The notes beneath the pieces are model-generated. The model saw only the letters and a program-made list of their open reading frames with translations. It had not been told where the DNA came from and did not search any database. Position numbers and translations under genes: made by a program. A stretch of DNA of 60,671 bases from a virus (taxonomy: Duplodnaviria > Caudoviricetes), in IMG/VR virus record IMGVR_UViG_3300049455_000013, positions 1 through 60,671 of that record; one strand, given 5' to 3'. Below, piece after piece: positions 47,274 through 57,000 of this stretch (position 1 is the stretch's first letter; each line of letters starts with the position of its first letter).

Positions 47274-47585
47274 TTACGGTACCGCCCCCTCACGGAGCCA
47301 GGTCAACAGCTTCTCGGTGTCCCCCGCGCGCTCCCGGGCGTCCGTCCGGGCGGCCTCGTAGCCCTGGCTGCGCACTTCATCTACATCCACCGTCTCGGCA
47401 TCATCGTCCACGTGCACCCACCCTTCACCCGGATCGCACTCCTGGCCCATGGCGTACGCCCGGTTGGCCGCCGCGACGAACCGGGGCTGGCTGGCCCAGA
47501 ACATCACGGAGCCGAACCCCTCGGTGAACTCGCTGGCCACGTCCAGGAGTTGCTGGTAGCTCAGCTCTTGGGGTTCGTCGCTCAT
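47274..47585 (-). CDS. Acidic hypothetical protein
   Basis: GGAG RBS; ends at the terminator. Confidence 0.65.
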   Translation of the reverse strand: MSDEPQELSYQQLLDVASEFTEGFGSVMFWASQPRFVAAANRAYAMGQECDPGEGWVHVDDDAETVDVDEVRSQGYEAARTDARERAGDTEKLLTWLREGAVP

Positions 47586-47918
47586 GGTCATCGCTCCATG
47601 GGGTTTGCGTGACGTGATGCCGGTAGGGTATCATGTATAGCGTAACCGATCATAGCTGAGAGGAGGATCCCGTGGACTCAGGAAAGTCCGGCTGGCCCGG
47701 CGCGCTGATGGTCATCGTCATCGTGCTCGCCATCGCGGCCGTTTGTATCGCGTACCGGCTCACGTCGCACTGATGCACCACCACCACTGCCGTACCTGCT
47801 GGCGCCGGCATCGCCTGGCGCATCGCCAACAGGCCATCTACGACTTCGTGTACCTGTTCACGCGGGCTGTCCTGATCGTGACGAGCCCGCTACGACGATC
47901 CACCTGGAGGAAAAGACC

Positions 47919-48089
47919 GTGATTGTCAATCTGCTGTGCCTGCTGGGCGTGGGCAGTGCCGCTGGTGCGGGCCTGTCGTTCAACGCGATGCAGCACAACA
48001 TTGTGGGCCTGCCGGCCGGGATCGGCTTCGCCGCACTGGCCCTGACCCTGTTCGTCGGGGCCGCCAAGATGGGCAAGGCGAGCAAGTGA
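47919..48089 (+). CDS. Small two-TM protein
   Basis: CCACCTGGAGG RBS. Confidence 0.6.
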   Translation: MIVNLLCLLGVGSAAGAGLSFNAMQHNIVGLPAGIGFAALALTLFVGAAKMGKASK

Positions 48090-48541
48090 CCAAGCTGAAG
48101 ATGGGCTTCGGCCTGCTGCTCGCGCTCGGGCTCGGTGTGCTCGCCCTGTCCGTGGCGCCCTGGGACATCCCTGATCGGGTGGACGCGCCCCGGCCGCACA
48201 CTCCGCCACACGTCATTGCCCAGCGGCCGGGCCAGACCCTCCGGTTCTCGGTCAACTGGGAGCGTCCGGCCGACGTGCCCGAGCGGATCGTCTTCCACGT
48301 CGCGGGAACGCAGGAGACCTTGACCAGTGCTCAGCTCTCGCCCGAGCTGGGGCGCTGGTCGCTGGAGGTTCCCTATGACCCCAAGGTCACGTATGCCCTG
48401 GAGGCGTGGCAGACCAACACGAACGCGGGCCTGACGGTGGGGGAGATCCGCATCCTCGGACCGGGCCTCGGCTTCGGTGACAGCGATCGGATCAACCAGG
48501 GGCGCGGCACCTTGCGGTGCTGGGTCAACGCGGGCATCTGA
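48086..48541 (+). CDS. Secreted/membrane-anchored protein
   Basis: Signal-like N-terminus, beta-rich body. Confidence 0.65.
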   Translation: MTKLKMGFGLLLALGLGVLALSVAPWDIPDRVDAPRPHTPPHVIAQRPGQTLRFSVNWERPADVPERIVFHVAGTQETLTSAQLSPELGRWSLEVPYDPKVTYALEAWQTNTNAGLTVGEIRILGPGLGFGDSDRINQGRGTLRCWVNAGI

Positions 48542-48694
48542 TGAGGCGCCTCGGGACGTTCTGGCCGGTGGTCTTCATCGTCCTGACCCTATGTGCCGGC
48601 ATCCTCTACCTACAGGACAAGATCGACCACCTGGAACAGAAGTGCGGAAGCACCTCGACCCGCTGACCTGCTAGAACGCACGTACGAACGTGTA

Positions 48695-48733
48695 GGGCCA
48701 CGCTTGACAAGTCCGTCAGGCGTGGCCCACACT
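48695..48733 (+). promoter_or_regulatory. Promoter inside an inverted repeat upstream of the packaging operon
   Basis: GGGCCACGC-TTGAC..GTCAG-GCGTGGCCC; TTGACA-N18-CACACT. Confidence 0.55.
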
Positions 48734-48758
48734 GTCTCTCCAGACGAGGGAGGCGACA

Positions 48759-48998
48759 GTGAGTAGCCAGGTCAGCACACCTGTACGAACGAGCGTGGCA
48801 GCGGAGATCCGCTGGCTCTGGAGCACGCGCTACGGCCAGCTCGCCATCCTCGCCGTGCTGACCGGCCTGGTCTGGGTGTCCGGCCTGCTGTGGCTGGGCG
48901 GCCCCGCCTGGCTGCCGGCCTGGGGCACCCCCGTGCCGATGCTGCTGGCCCTCACCAGGCGCCGGCTACTGGGCGCGGACTGGGTGCGGTCGGCGTGA
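48759..48998 (+). CDS. Membrane protein
   Basis: GGGAGG RBS; two TM. Confidence 0.65.
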   Translation: MSSQVSTPVRTSVAAEIRWLWSTRYGQLAILAVLTGLVWVSGLLWLGGPAWLPAWGTPVPMLLALTRRRLLGADWVRSA

Positions 48999-49318
48999 AG
49001 CTCGCAGCCCGCTTGCTCCCCCTCGCCGTGGTCTTGCTCGCGGCTTGCTCGTCGCCTGCTCCAGCCCAGCCGGACGCGCCGGCCTCCTCGTCCCCCGAGC
49101 AGTCGACACCGGCCGTACCTGCGCCGGCTCCGTCTGTCTCGCTGGACCCGCTGCCGCCCGTGGCCGGGCCGGCTGTCGTGGAACCGTCGCCGGCCGAAGG
49201 CGTACACCCCGGGGCGTTCTGTCATCCGGCCGGTGGGCTCGGGTACACCGTGGACGGGCGGCTGATGCGGTGCGAGGCGACCCAGGCGGATTCGCGCCTG
49301 CGGTGGCGTGCCGCCTGA
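48995..49318 (+). CDS. Lipoprotein
   Basis: Lipobox LAAC, Pro-rich linker, VHPGAFC...C...RLRWR domain. Confidence 0.75.
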   Translation: MKLAARLLPLAVVLLAACSSPAPAQPDAPASSSPEQSTPAVPAPAPSVSLDPLPPVAGPAVVEPSPAEGVHPGAFCHPAGGLGYTVDGRLMRCEATQADSRLRWRAA

Positions 49319-49334
49319 CCGCTAGCCTTGCGCC

Positions 49335-50831
49335 ATGGCGCGATCACCAATGGAGGAGCTGGCCCAGCTCGCACCAGAGGTTCAGGCGCGCTGGCTGGCT
49401 GAGCAGCCGGACTGGGCTGTCGAGCAGATGGCCCGGCGCGAGTGGTGGTGGATCGGTCGGCCCGAGCAGCACGCTCCAGATGGAAAGTGGTTCGTCTGGC
49501 TGATCCAGACCGGCCGGGGCTGGGGCAAGACCAACACTGGGGCCGAGTGGATAGTTGACCGCGCAATAAACTACCCGCTCGACATCCAGGGGCGCTCGAC
49601 GGAACACCTGCTCATCGCGGAGACCCTGAGCGACGCCATGCGCCAGTGCATCGGCGGCCCGGCCGGCGTGCGGCGGGTGCTGGAGCGGCGCATCGGGCCT
49701 GAGTCGGACAAGCCGGGCGACGGTGGGGCGTGGCATCTCTGGAAGTCCCCGAAGCCCTACATCGAGATCTTCGAGCACGGCCAGATGATCTACATTGAGG
49801 GCGCGGACGACGAAGACGTTGGCCGGGGGTACAACGCGGCGAGCGCCTGGTTGGACGAGTACGCCAAGTGGAAGAAACCTGACGGCTCGTGGTCTGAGGG
49901 CATCATGCCGGGCCTGCGCGCCGACCTGCCCGGCGACTTCCCGCGCTGCCTGGTCACCACCACGCCAAAGCTCGTCGTGCAGCTCGTGGAGTGGATGCAG
50001 CGCGACGACGGCTCGGTCCACCTGACCACCGGCTCCACCTACGACAACGCGACCAACCTGGCGGCGCCGGCCATAGCCGAGCTACACCGTCGTTACCACG
50101 GCACCCGCCTGGGCCAGCAGGAGCTTCACGGCCTGCTGATGCTGGAGGCCGAGGGCGCGCTGTGGAACCTGGACATGATCGAACCGCATCGGGTCGACAG
50201 CCCGCCCGAGCTGACCAACGTCGTGGTGGCCATGGACCCGCCCGGGGCCGACGACCCGACCAGCGATGAGTGCGGACTGGTCGCGATGGGACGCGGGGTC
50301 GACAGCCGGGATTACGTAGTGGGGGACTGGTCGAAACGGATCGTAGGCCACGCGGCGGCACGTCGCGCCTGGGAGATGGTGCTGCTCTACGACGCCTCCG
50401 TGTTGATCGTCGAGGAGAACCAGGGCAAGCGCTGGCTCCGGGAGGTGCTGGTGCGCGCGTACCGGGAGATGCAGGACGAGGGCCTGTTCCCTCCAGGTGG
50501 AAACCCCCCGCTGAAGATGGTCGTCGCGAAGGCCGGCAAGCGGCTACGGGCCGAGCCGATCGCGGCCCGCTACGAGCAGGGCGCGGTGTCGCACGTGCGC
50601 GGCCAGAACCTCGGAGACCTGGAGACCCAGATGGTCAACTGGGTACCGGAGGAGACCCCCAAGAGCCCGGACCGTATCGACGCCCTGGTCTACGCCGGGC
50701 TCTGGCTGTCCGGGCGCGAGCACGTGATGGCGGCCACGGCGAGCCCGGCCCAACGCCAGCTCCCCCGCACCACTCTCGGCCCGCTGGCGACCGGGCTGCC
50801 CGGTGCCTACGGCGGCGGGTACGGTAGCTGA
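49335..50831 (+). CDS. terL: Terminase large subunit
   Basis: Walker A GRGWGKT, Walker B WLDE, TTTP, VAMDP, SPDRIDALV. Confidence 0.95.
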   Translation: MARSPMEELAQLAPEVQARWLAEQPDWAVEQMARREWWWIGRPEQHAPDGKWFVWLIQTGRGWGKTNTGAEWIVDRAINYPLDIQGRSTEHLLIAETLSDAMRQCIGGPAGVRRVLERRIGPESDKPGDGGAWHLWKSPKPYIEIFEHGQMIYIEGADDEDVGRGYNAASAWLDEYAKWKKPDGSWSEGIMPGLRADLPGDFPRCLVTTTPKLVVQLVEWMQRDDGSVHLTTGSTYDNATNLAAPAIAELHRRYHGTRLGQQELHGLLMLEAEGALWNLDMIEPHRVDSPPELTNVVVAMDPPGADDPTSDECGLVAMGRGVDSRDYVVGDWSKRIVGHAAARRAWEMVLLYDASVLIVEENQGKRWLREVLVRAYREMQDEGLFPPGGNPPLKMVVAKAGKRLRAEPIAARYEQGAVSHVRGQNLGDLETQMVNWVPEETPKSPDRIDALVYAGLWLSGREHVMAATASPAQRQLPRTTLGPLATGLPGAYGGGYGS

Positions 50832-50927
50832 GCCCCGCGCCGGGCTGAGCCCGTCCTGGCTCTCCTCCCCAATAGCAGTGCCATCGGCCTGCCCGGTGCG
50901 GGGCGCCCCGCACCCTATGCTGTGCAC

Positions 50928-51302
50928 ATGCAGTCACCGATCATCCTTGCGATTTACGCGCTGGCCGCCGCGCGGATAACCCGGATGGTCACCACGGATC
51001 GACTGTTCGACCGGCCACGTCGCGCGTTCATCGTGGCGGCCTGGCGGCGCGCCCATCCGTGGATCAAGGCCGAGCCACCCGAGGAGCAGGGCAACGCACT
51101 CGCGATGGTGCTGTCCAACCACGCGAAGGATCCGCCCCTGTCCGCCTACCTGATCTCTTGTCCGTGGTGCATGTCCATCTGGATCGGCGGTACGGTAGCC
51201 CCATTGGTCTGGTTCTGGGGCTACCGGCCCTGGATGCTCATCCCCGCCTTCGCTCTGGCGGTCAGCTACCTGACCGGTTTCCTAGCCTCGCGCGAGGGGT
51301 GA
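50928..51302 (+). CDS. DUF1360-like membrane protein
   Basis: ARITRMVTTD...YLISCPWC.SIW. Confidence 0.8.
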   Translation: MQSPIILAIYALAAARITRMVTTDRLFDRPRRAFIVAAWRRAHPWIKAEPPEEQGNALAMVLSNHAKDPPLSAYLISCPWCMSIWIGGTVAPLVWFWGYRPWMLIPAFALAVSYLTGFLASREG

Positions 51303-51305
51303 GAA

Positions 51306-53192
51306 GTGGCGTTGCTTCGTCGTACCCCGGCTGCCGTGGACGACCTGCTCCCAGCGGTACCGGGGGGCGACCGGTTGCCGTCGCTCGTGGCCGCCGCGAG
51401 CCAGGTCCAACTGGACGGGGCATCGGCCCTGTCGCTTCAGATCAAAGACCAGGAATGGCAGCAGGAAGCCTGGCGGCACTACGACATCTGTGGTGAGTTC
51501 CGGTTCGTCACCAACCGGCACGCCGGGGCGCTGTCGCGCTGCCGGCTGTTCGTCGCAGAGGTAGACCAGCTCGGGCGGCCGGGCAAAGAGTGCACCGACG
51601 CGGAGATCCAGATCCTCGCTGAGTCGGTTTTCGGCGGGCCGGCGGCGAAGGCCGAAGGTCTGCGCACGATCGCGATCCAGAACTACGTAGCCGGTGAGTG
51701 CTACGTCATCGCGGAGGGCAACAACAAGACCCAGGGTGACAAGTGGTACGTCGCCAGCCCGAAAGAGCTGAGGAAGTACAGCGGAACCGTCCAGGTCAAA
51801 CGCCCGATGACCATCGGGGGCGGCTGGAAGTCCCTGGCCAAGGGCTCGGACCTGCTGATGCGGATATGGACCCCGCACCCGCGCCTGTTCGACGTGGCCG
51901 ACAGCCCCTCGCGCTCGGTGCTGCCCATCCTGCGCGAGATCGAGCGGCTGACCCAGCTCTGTTTCTCCCAGATCGACTCGCGCCTCATCAGCGCCGGCCT
52001 GCTGCTGCTGCGCGATGGTGTCGACTTCCCGCACGCCGAGGACAAGCCCGGTGGCGTGGAGGGGCTTCTGGAGATGATCCTGGAAGCCGCCCGAGCCCAA
52101 CTGACCGGCGCGGGCACGGCGGCCGGGCTGGTGCCGATCCTGGCGACCGTGCCCGTGGGGGACAACCGGTACTCGGATGTGGCGTCGTCGTTCGCCCACA
52201 TCAAGTTCGACACCCCGCTTACCGCCGAGCTGGAAAAGAAGCTCGACCAGGCGATCCGGCGCCTGGCACTCGGGCTGGACATCGCGCCCGAAGACCTGTT
52301 GGGCCAGGGCGAGGCCAACCACTGGGGCTCGTGGCAGATCGAAGAGTCGTCGATCAAGCTGTTCATCGAGCCGGTGCTGGTGCGGATCTGCGACGCGCTC
52401 ACCACGGCCTACCTGGCACCCGCGCTGAAGGTGCTCGGCAAGGATCCGGACAAGTACACCCTCTGGTACGACACGTCCCCGCTGACTGTGCGGCCCAACC
52501 GCATGGAAGACGCCATGCAGCTCTGGGATCGGGGCGTCATCGGGGACGACGCCCTGGTCGCGGCCGGTGCCTTCGATGGTGGCGACAAGCCAAACGCGAA
52601 GGCTCAGCTCCGCTGGATGGCCTGGCAGGTGGTGAAGGCCAACCCGGCGCTCATCGCCGCGCCCGGCCTGGCCGAGCTGCTGGGCTTCCCGCCCGAGGTC
52701 ATTGCGGCCGGGCTGTCGGCTCCCGCACCCGCTGGGCCTCCACCTGGAATGCCATTCGGCCCGCCCGAGAACGCTCTCCCGCCGGGTGTGGGCGGCGCGG
52801 CCGGGGCCATCCCCGCCCAGCCGACCAGCCAGGCGAGCCCGGCGCAGCAGGGCGCCCAGTATGCGGCCCTGCTACCGGCCGCCGAACAGGTGGTGTACCG
52901 GGCGCTGGAGCTGGCCGGCGGGCGGCTGCTGGACCGCTCGGCACGCGGCCGGTACGGCGACGTGGCCAGGTTCGACCTGCACACCCGCGTGCAGCCGCGC
53001 GACCGCGCACACGCGGCCGAAGTAATGGCCGGTGCCTGGGCTCACCTTGCCCCGCTGGCCGGGCACTTCGGTGTGCCGGTGGCCGAGCTGGAGCACCTGT
53101 TGCGCGAGTACTGCACGGAGCTGTTGGTACGCGGCTTCCCCCACAACTCGGAGCTGCTGCGCGAAGTGCTGTCGCGGGGCTTCCGTCGATGA
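51306..53192 (+). CDS. Portal protein
   Basis: 628 aa after terminase; WQQEAW..YD..GE, RIWTPHP, SRLISAG, IRRLALGLD..PE.LLG...NHW. Confidence 0.9.
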   Translation: MALLRRTPAAVDDLLPAVPGGDRLPSLVAAASQVQLDGASALSLQIKDQEWQQEAWRHYDICGEFRFVTNRHAGALSRCRLFVAEVDQLGRPGKECTDAEIQILAESVFGGPAAKAEGLRTIAIQNYVAGECYVIAEGNNKTQGDKWYVASPKELRKYSGTVQVKRPMTIGGGWKSLAKGSDLLMRIWTPHPRLFDVADSPSRSVLPILREIERLTQLCFSQIDSRLISAGLLLLRDGVDFPHAEDKPGGVEGLLEMILEAARAQLTGAGTAAGLVPILATVPVGDNRYSDVASSFAHIKFDTPLTAELEKKLDQAIRRLALGLDIAPEDLLGQGEANHWGSWQIEESSIKLFIEPVLVRICDALTTAYLAPALKVLGKDPDKYTLWYDTSPLTVRPNRMEDAMQLWDRGVIGDDALVAAGAFDGGDKPNAKAQLRWMAWQVVKANPALIAAPGLAELLGFPPEVIAAGLSAPAPAGPPPGMPFGPPENALPPGVGGAAGAIPAQPTSQASPAQQGAQYAALLPAAEQVVYRALELAGGRLLDRSARGRYGDVARFDLHTRVQPRDRAHAAEVMAGAWAHLAPLAGHFGVPVAELEHLLREYCTELLVRGFPHNSELLREVLSRGFRR

Positions 53193-54085
53193 CCGCACCG
53201 ACCACGCCTCCCCCGCAGGGCAACACCGGCAAGGCCGCTGTCGCGGTTGGTGCGGTGGCGCTGGCCGGCGGACTGCCTGATCCGTGGCTGCCGGTGCGCT
53301 GGCGCCGGCTGGCCGGCATGATGCGGGCCGAGCGGGCGCTGTTCGCCGCGTACTCGGGCTTCCTGTCCAGGTGGATCGGGGCGGTACGGCAGCGGGTGGT
53401 GCACGGGAAGGTGGTCAACAGCCACGCGGTCTTTTCCCTCGGGCACGCCTTCGACCTGGGCGTCGGGCGGATCGTGGACGTGCAGATGCGCGAGATCTAC
53501 GAGGGCGCCTGGCACAACGTGATGCTGGCCGCGCCGGTACCCCCGAGCCGGGTGGAGACCTACCTGGACGGCGCGCGTAACCGGATGTCGGGCGTACCCG
53601 ACCAGGTGTATGCCCAGGTCAAGGCCGAAGTCCTGAAGGCCAACACCGAAGGGTGGTCGATCGACGAGTTGGCCGGGCATGTCGAGACGGTGCTGTCGGA
53701 CAACGACGTGGCCACCTGGAAGAACCGCAGCGTGGTCGTCGCCCGGACCGAGGCGATCGGCGCATACAACGCCGGCACCCACGCCGGCTTCCTGGCCTAC
53801 GCCGACCAGACCGGCGGCCCGTGGGAGCACGCCTGGCTGTGCACCCACGACGAGCGGGTACGCCCGACCCACTTGGCGGCCGACATCGGTACTCCGGGCA
53901 CGGGCCAGCGGGTGCCGCTCGGGGAACCGTTCAGCGTGGGGGACGCGCTGCTGGACTACCCCGGCGCACTCGGTCCACGTGCCACGCCCGAGGAAGTGAT
54001 CCAATGTCGGTGCGCCCAGTTGCTCCTGCGACCTGGCGAGCAGCAAGACCTGTCCAACCGCCACGGTAAGGGAGCGCCGGCATGA
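53189..54085 (+). CDS. MuF-like (Mu gpF) minor head protein
   Basis: ARTE...AYNAG, WL...DERVRPTH, PEEVIQCRC. Confidence 0.9.
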   Translation: MTAPTTPPPQGNTGKAAVAVGAVALAGGLPDPWLPVRWRRLAGMMRAERALFAAYSGFLSRWIGAVRQRVVHGKVVNSHAVFSLGHAFDLGVGRIVDVQMREIYEGAWHNVMLAAPVPPSRVETYLDGARNRMSGVPDQVYAQVKAEVLKANTEGWSIDELAGHVETVLSDNDVATWKNRSVVVARTEAIGAYNAGTHAGFLAYADQTGGPWEHAWLCTHDERVRPTHLAADIGTPGTGQRVPLGEPFSVGDALLDYPGALGPRATPEEVIQCRCAQLLLRPGEQQDLSNRHGKGAPA

Positions 54086-57000
54086 GCGACGTTGCTGAGC
54101 TGTACGGCCTGGGCTGGTCTGCCCCATCGCTGTACGACCTGGACGAGTTTGGTGACTGGACCGAGGGGCTACATCCGCGTGGCCACGGCGGTAAGTTCGC
54201 TACCGCCGTGGCCAAGGTGCAGGCGAAGCACCCGGGCGTGGAGTTGCGGGTGGGTCACTCGGGCGGCGATACGGCGCGGGTGAGCTTGATCCGCACGCCT
54301 GAGAGCCAGCGCGGTAAGGGGCTGGCCGGCGCGGCGATGCGCGATCTCACGAAGGCCGCTGACGAGCACGGCGTACGGCTCACCCTGACGCCTGAGCCGT
54401 TGGCCGGCGACCGCAAGACCAGCAAGGCGAAGCTGGCCGCCTGGTACAAGACCCACGGGTTCGTGGAGAACAAAGGGCGTAACAAGGACTATGAGATCAG
54501 CGACACCATGCACCGCGCGCCGCGTAGCCTAACGGCGGCCAGCAAGCAAAGGATCGAAGATCCTGAATCACCGAAGGTCCACACTGGATGGTCGCCAGCC
54601 CGGCCCAACTGGGCGGATCTGTATGCGCAGGTCGATCATGACCCAGGCGGGTTCTACTCCCAGCCGGCCATGGCGCACTGGACCTGCGACGTGGGGGAGT
54701 TCTGCCGCAACCCCTTGCACCCTGGCCCGTGCAAGGGCTGGAAGCACATGCTCCACAGCGTGGCGCCAGGGGCGTATCACGCCTACGAAAAGGGGCGGGT
54801 TGCCAAGCTCAACGAGCAGCGCAAGGCCAAGATCGCGGCTCTTGAGGCGCTTGGTCAGCCGGTTCCCGCGTACCTGAAGAAAGAGGTCACCTACGCCCAA
54901 GTGCCGAAGGCGCCGGCCGGCTACTCCCCGCCGTTCACTCCGAGCGCGGAGGCCCTGAAGGCGATTCCGACGAAGGCCGAGATCGGCGCGGAGCTGGACA
55001 AGAAGCACGCGGCTATTGCTGTGACCCAGAAAGCGGCGCACGCCGACAAGCAGCACTTGGCCCTGATTAACTCCGCGAAGGCTCTCGGGTACCCGATCGG
55101 GTCGAGCGAGAAAGCCAAGATCAAGTTCCACGAGATCGCGGCCAACCTCAAGCCCGGAGAAAAGATCAGCGACCAGCCGCTTATCGCGACCGCTATCGAC
55201 CAACTGGCGACGAGGGCCGAGGAGATCCTGGCCAAGAACGGCCAGGGCAGTACGCCGGGCCTGCATAAGGTCATCGCGCAGGACATCGCGGCCCACGTGG
55301 ACGCCGGAATCCCCGAGCCCCCGCTGACCGTTCAGTCGGTGCTCAACGCTAAGCCGGCGGCGCACGTTCCGCACAACGACATGCAACATGCGGCGGCCGT
55401 GGCGGGCCTGGTGACAGGTAGCCCGCACCATGGCGTCTCGGTGGGGCACCAGCACAGCGCCTATGACAGCCCTAACGTCAACAAGCAGGAATACGACAAG
55501 CTGAAGCCGGTTGAGCAGAAGAACGTCAAGGATCACCTGGTCGCGATGTATGACAGCGCGCCGGGGCAGACGACCTCGGCGGCTGCCAAGCTCGGCATTC
55601 CGATGATGGAGATTCTTGATCCAACTGGGATGGGTGCTCCCGGCAAACCCAAGTCGATCGAAGCCCAGCAGGTCATGCAGGCCATCAGTGACCCCGGCAA
55701 GTCGGCCGCGCAACGACTGGCCGCGTACGAGGGGCTGACCAAAGATTCTCTGGCCGAGCTGCCCGAGGGGTACCAGAAGTCCCTTAAGGGCGATCTCCAG
55801 GAGATGATCGACAAGGGCGGGTACTTCGGGGAAACGGCAACCCCGGTACATGCCAAGCTGTTTGGCGCGGTGGCCGGCTCGACCCCGGACCATGCGGCCG
55901 AAGCCAAGAAGATCATGGGCCAGCCGGACAAGAGCCTGATTACTAAGGCTGCCGAGCTGACCCCGGAGCATATTGCAGCGCTGCCGAGCGCCGATAAGGC
56001 CGCGCTAGCTAAGAAGCTGGCTGACATCGAGCCGGACCTCTCGCCTGGCCTGGCGAAAACTGCCGGCGACATTCATGCCAAGCTGGTCGGGCCGAAGACT
56101 TCACCAACCACCAAGAAGGTTCCGCAACACCTGGTGGATGCTGCTGCTACTGAGGCACAGAAGCTCAACAGCACCCCGATCGACCACGAGAAGATCCTGA
56201 CCGCGCATGAGTCCGTTGACTGGTCCAAGGTCAACACGGCGGGACACGACAGCGCGGCGATGGATCTTCACCAGATACTCAATAACTCGACGGTCCCGCA
56301 AGCGCAGAAGGACCGAGCCAAGGTGTTGCTTTCTAAGATCAACAACACCCACGCGGCACCGGACAAGCCCGGGTCGATCAAGGCACCGGCCGGAACGCCG
56401 AACGGAAAGCTCACGCCGACCGGTCAGAAGCTCGGTACCCATGGCGCCGAGGTTGCCGCCGATGTGACCGGCAAGAAGTTCCTGGTCAAGCCCCATGCGC
56501 CATACGGGGACTTCACGTCTCACGGAGAAGTGGGCGCGAGCCAGCTAGCCAAGTCGGTGGGGCTGCCAACTCCCGAGGTTCACTTGACGCCGGATGGCAC
56601 CGTGCAGGAGCTTGTCCCCGGCGCGAAGGACGCCTTCCCGGGCAAGCAGTTCGACCCCGCGAAGTTGTCCAGCCAGGATGTGCTGGATCTCCAGAAGCAT
56701 CACGTTCTGGACTGGCTGATCGGTAACCACGACGCGCACCCGGGCAACTTCTTGCGTGACGCCGATGGGAATCTCGTCGAGATCGACAAGGGCCAGGCGT
56801 TCAAGCATTACCACGAGGACAAGCTGAGTTCCGAGTACCACCCGAACGCGGTATATGGGGAGAGCCCCCCGGTTTATAACACTTTGCTGAAGGCTGCCGA
56901 GCTGGGCGACGTTCAGCTTCACAGCCCGGCGCCGGGTGAGCCGCTGGGGGAGTTCATCAAGCAGGTTCAGGCGATCCCGACCGCCAAGATTGCGCAGATG

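Noticed and set aside
51743-53188. 5' extension of the 780-aa ORF 51743-54085
   Set aside because: Alternate frame within the portal gene; the MuF gene starts at ATG 53189, overlapping the portal stop
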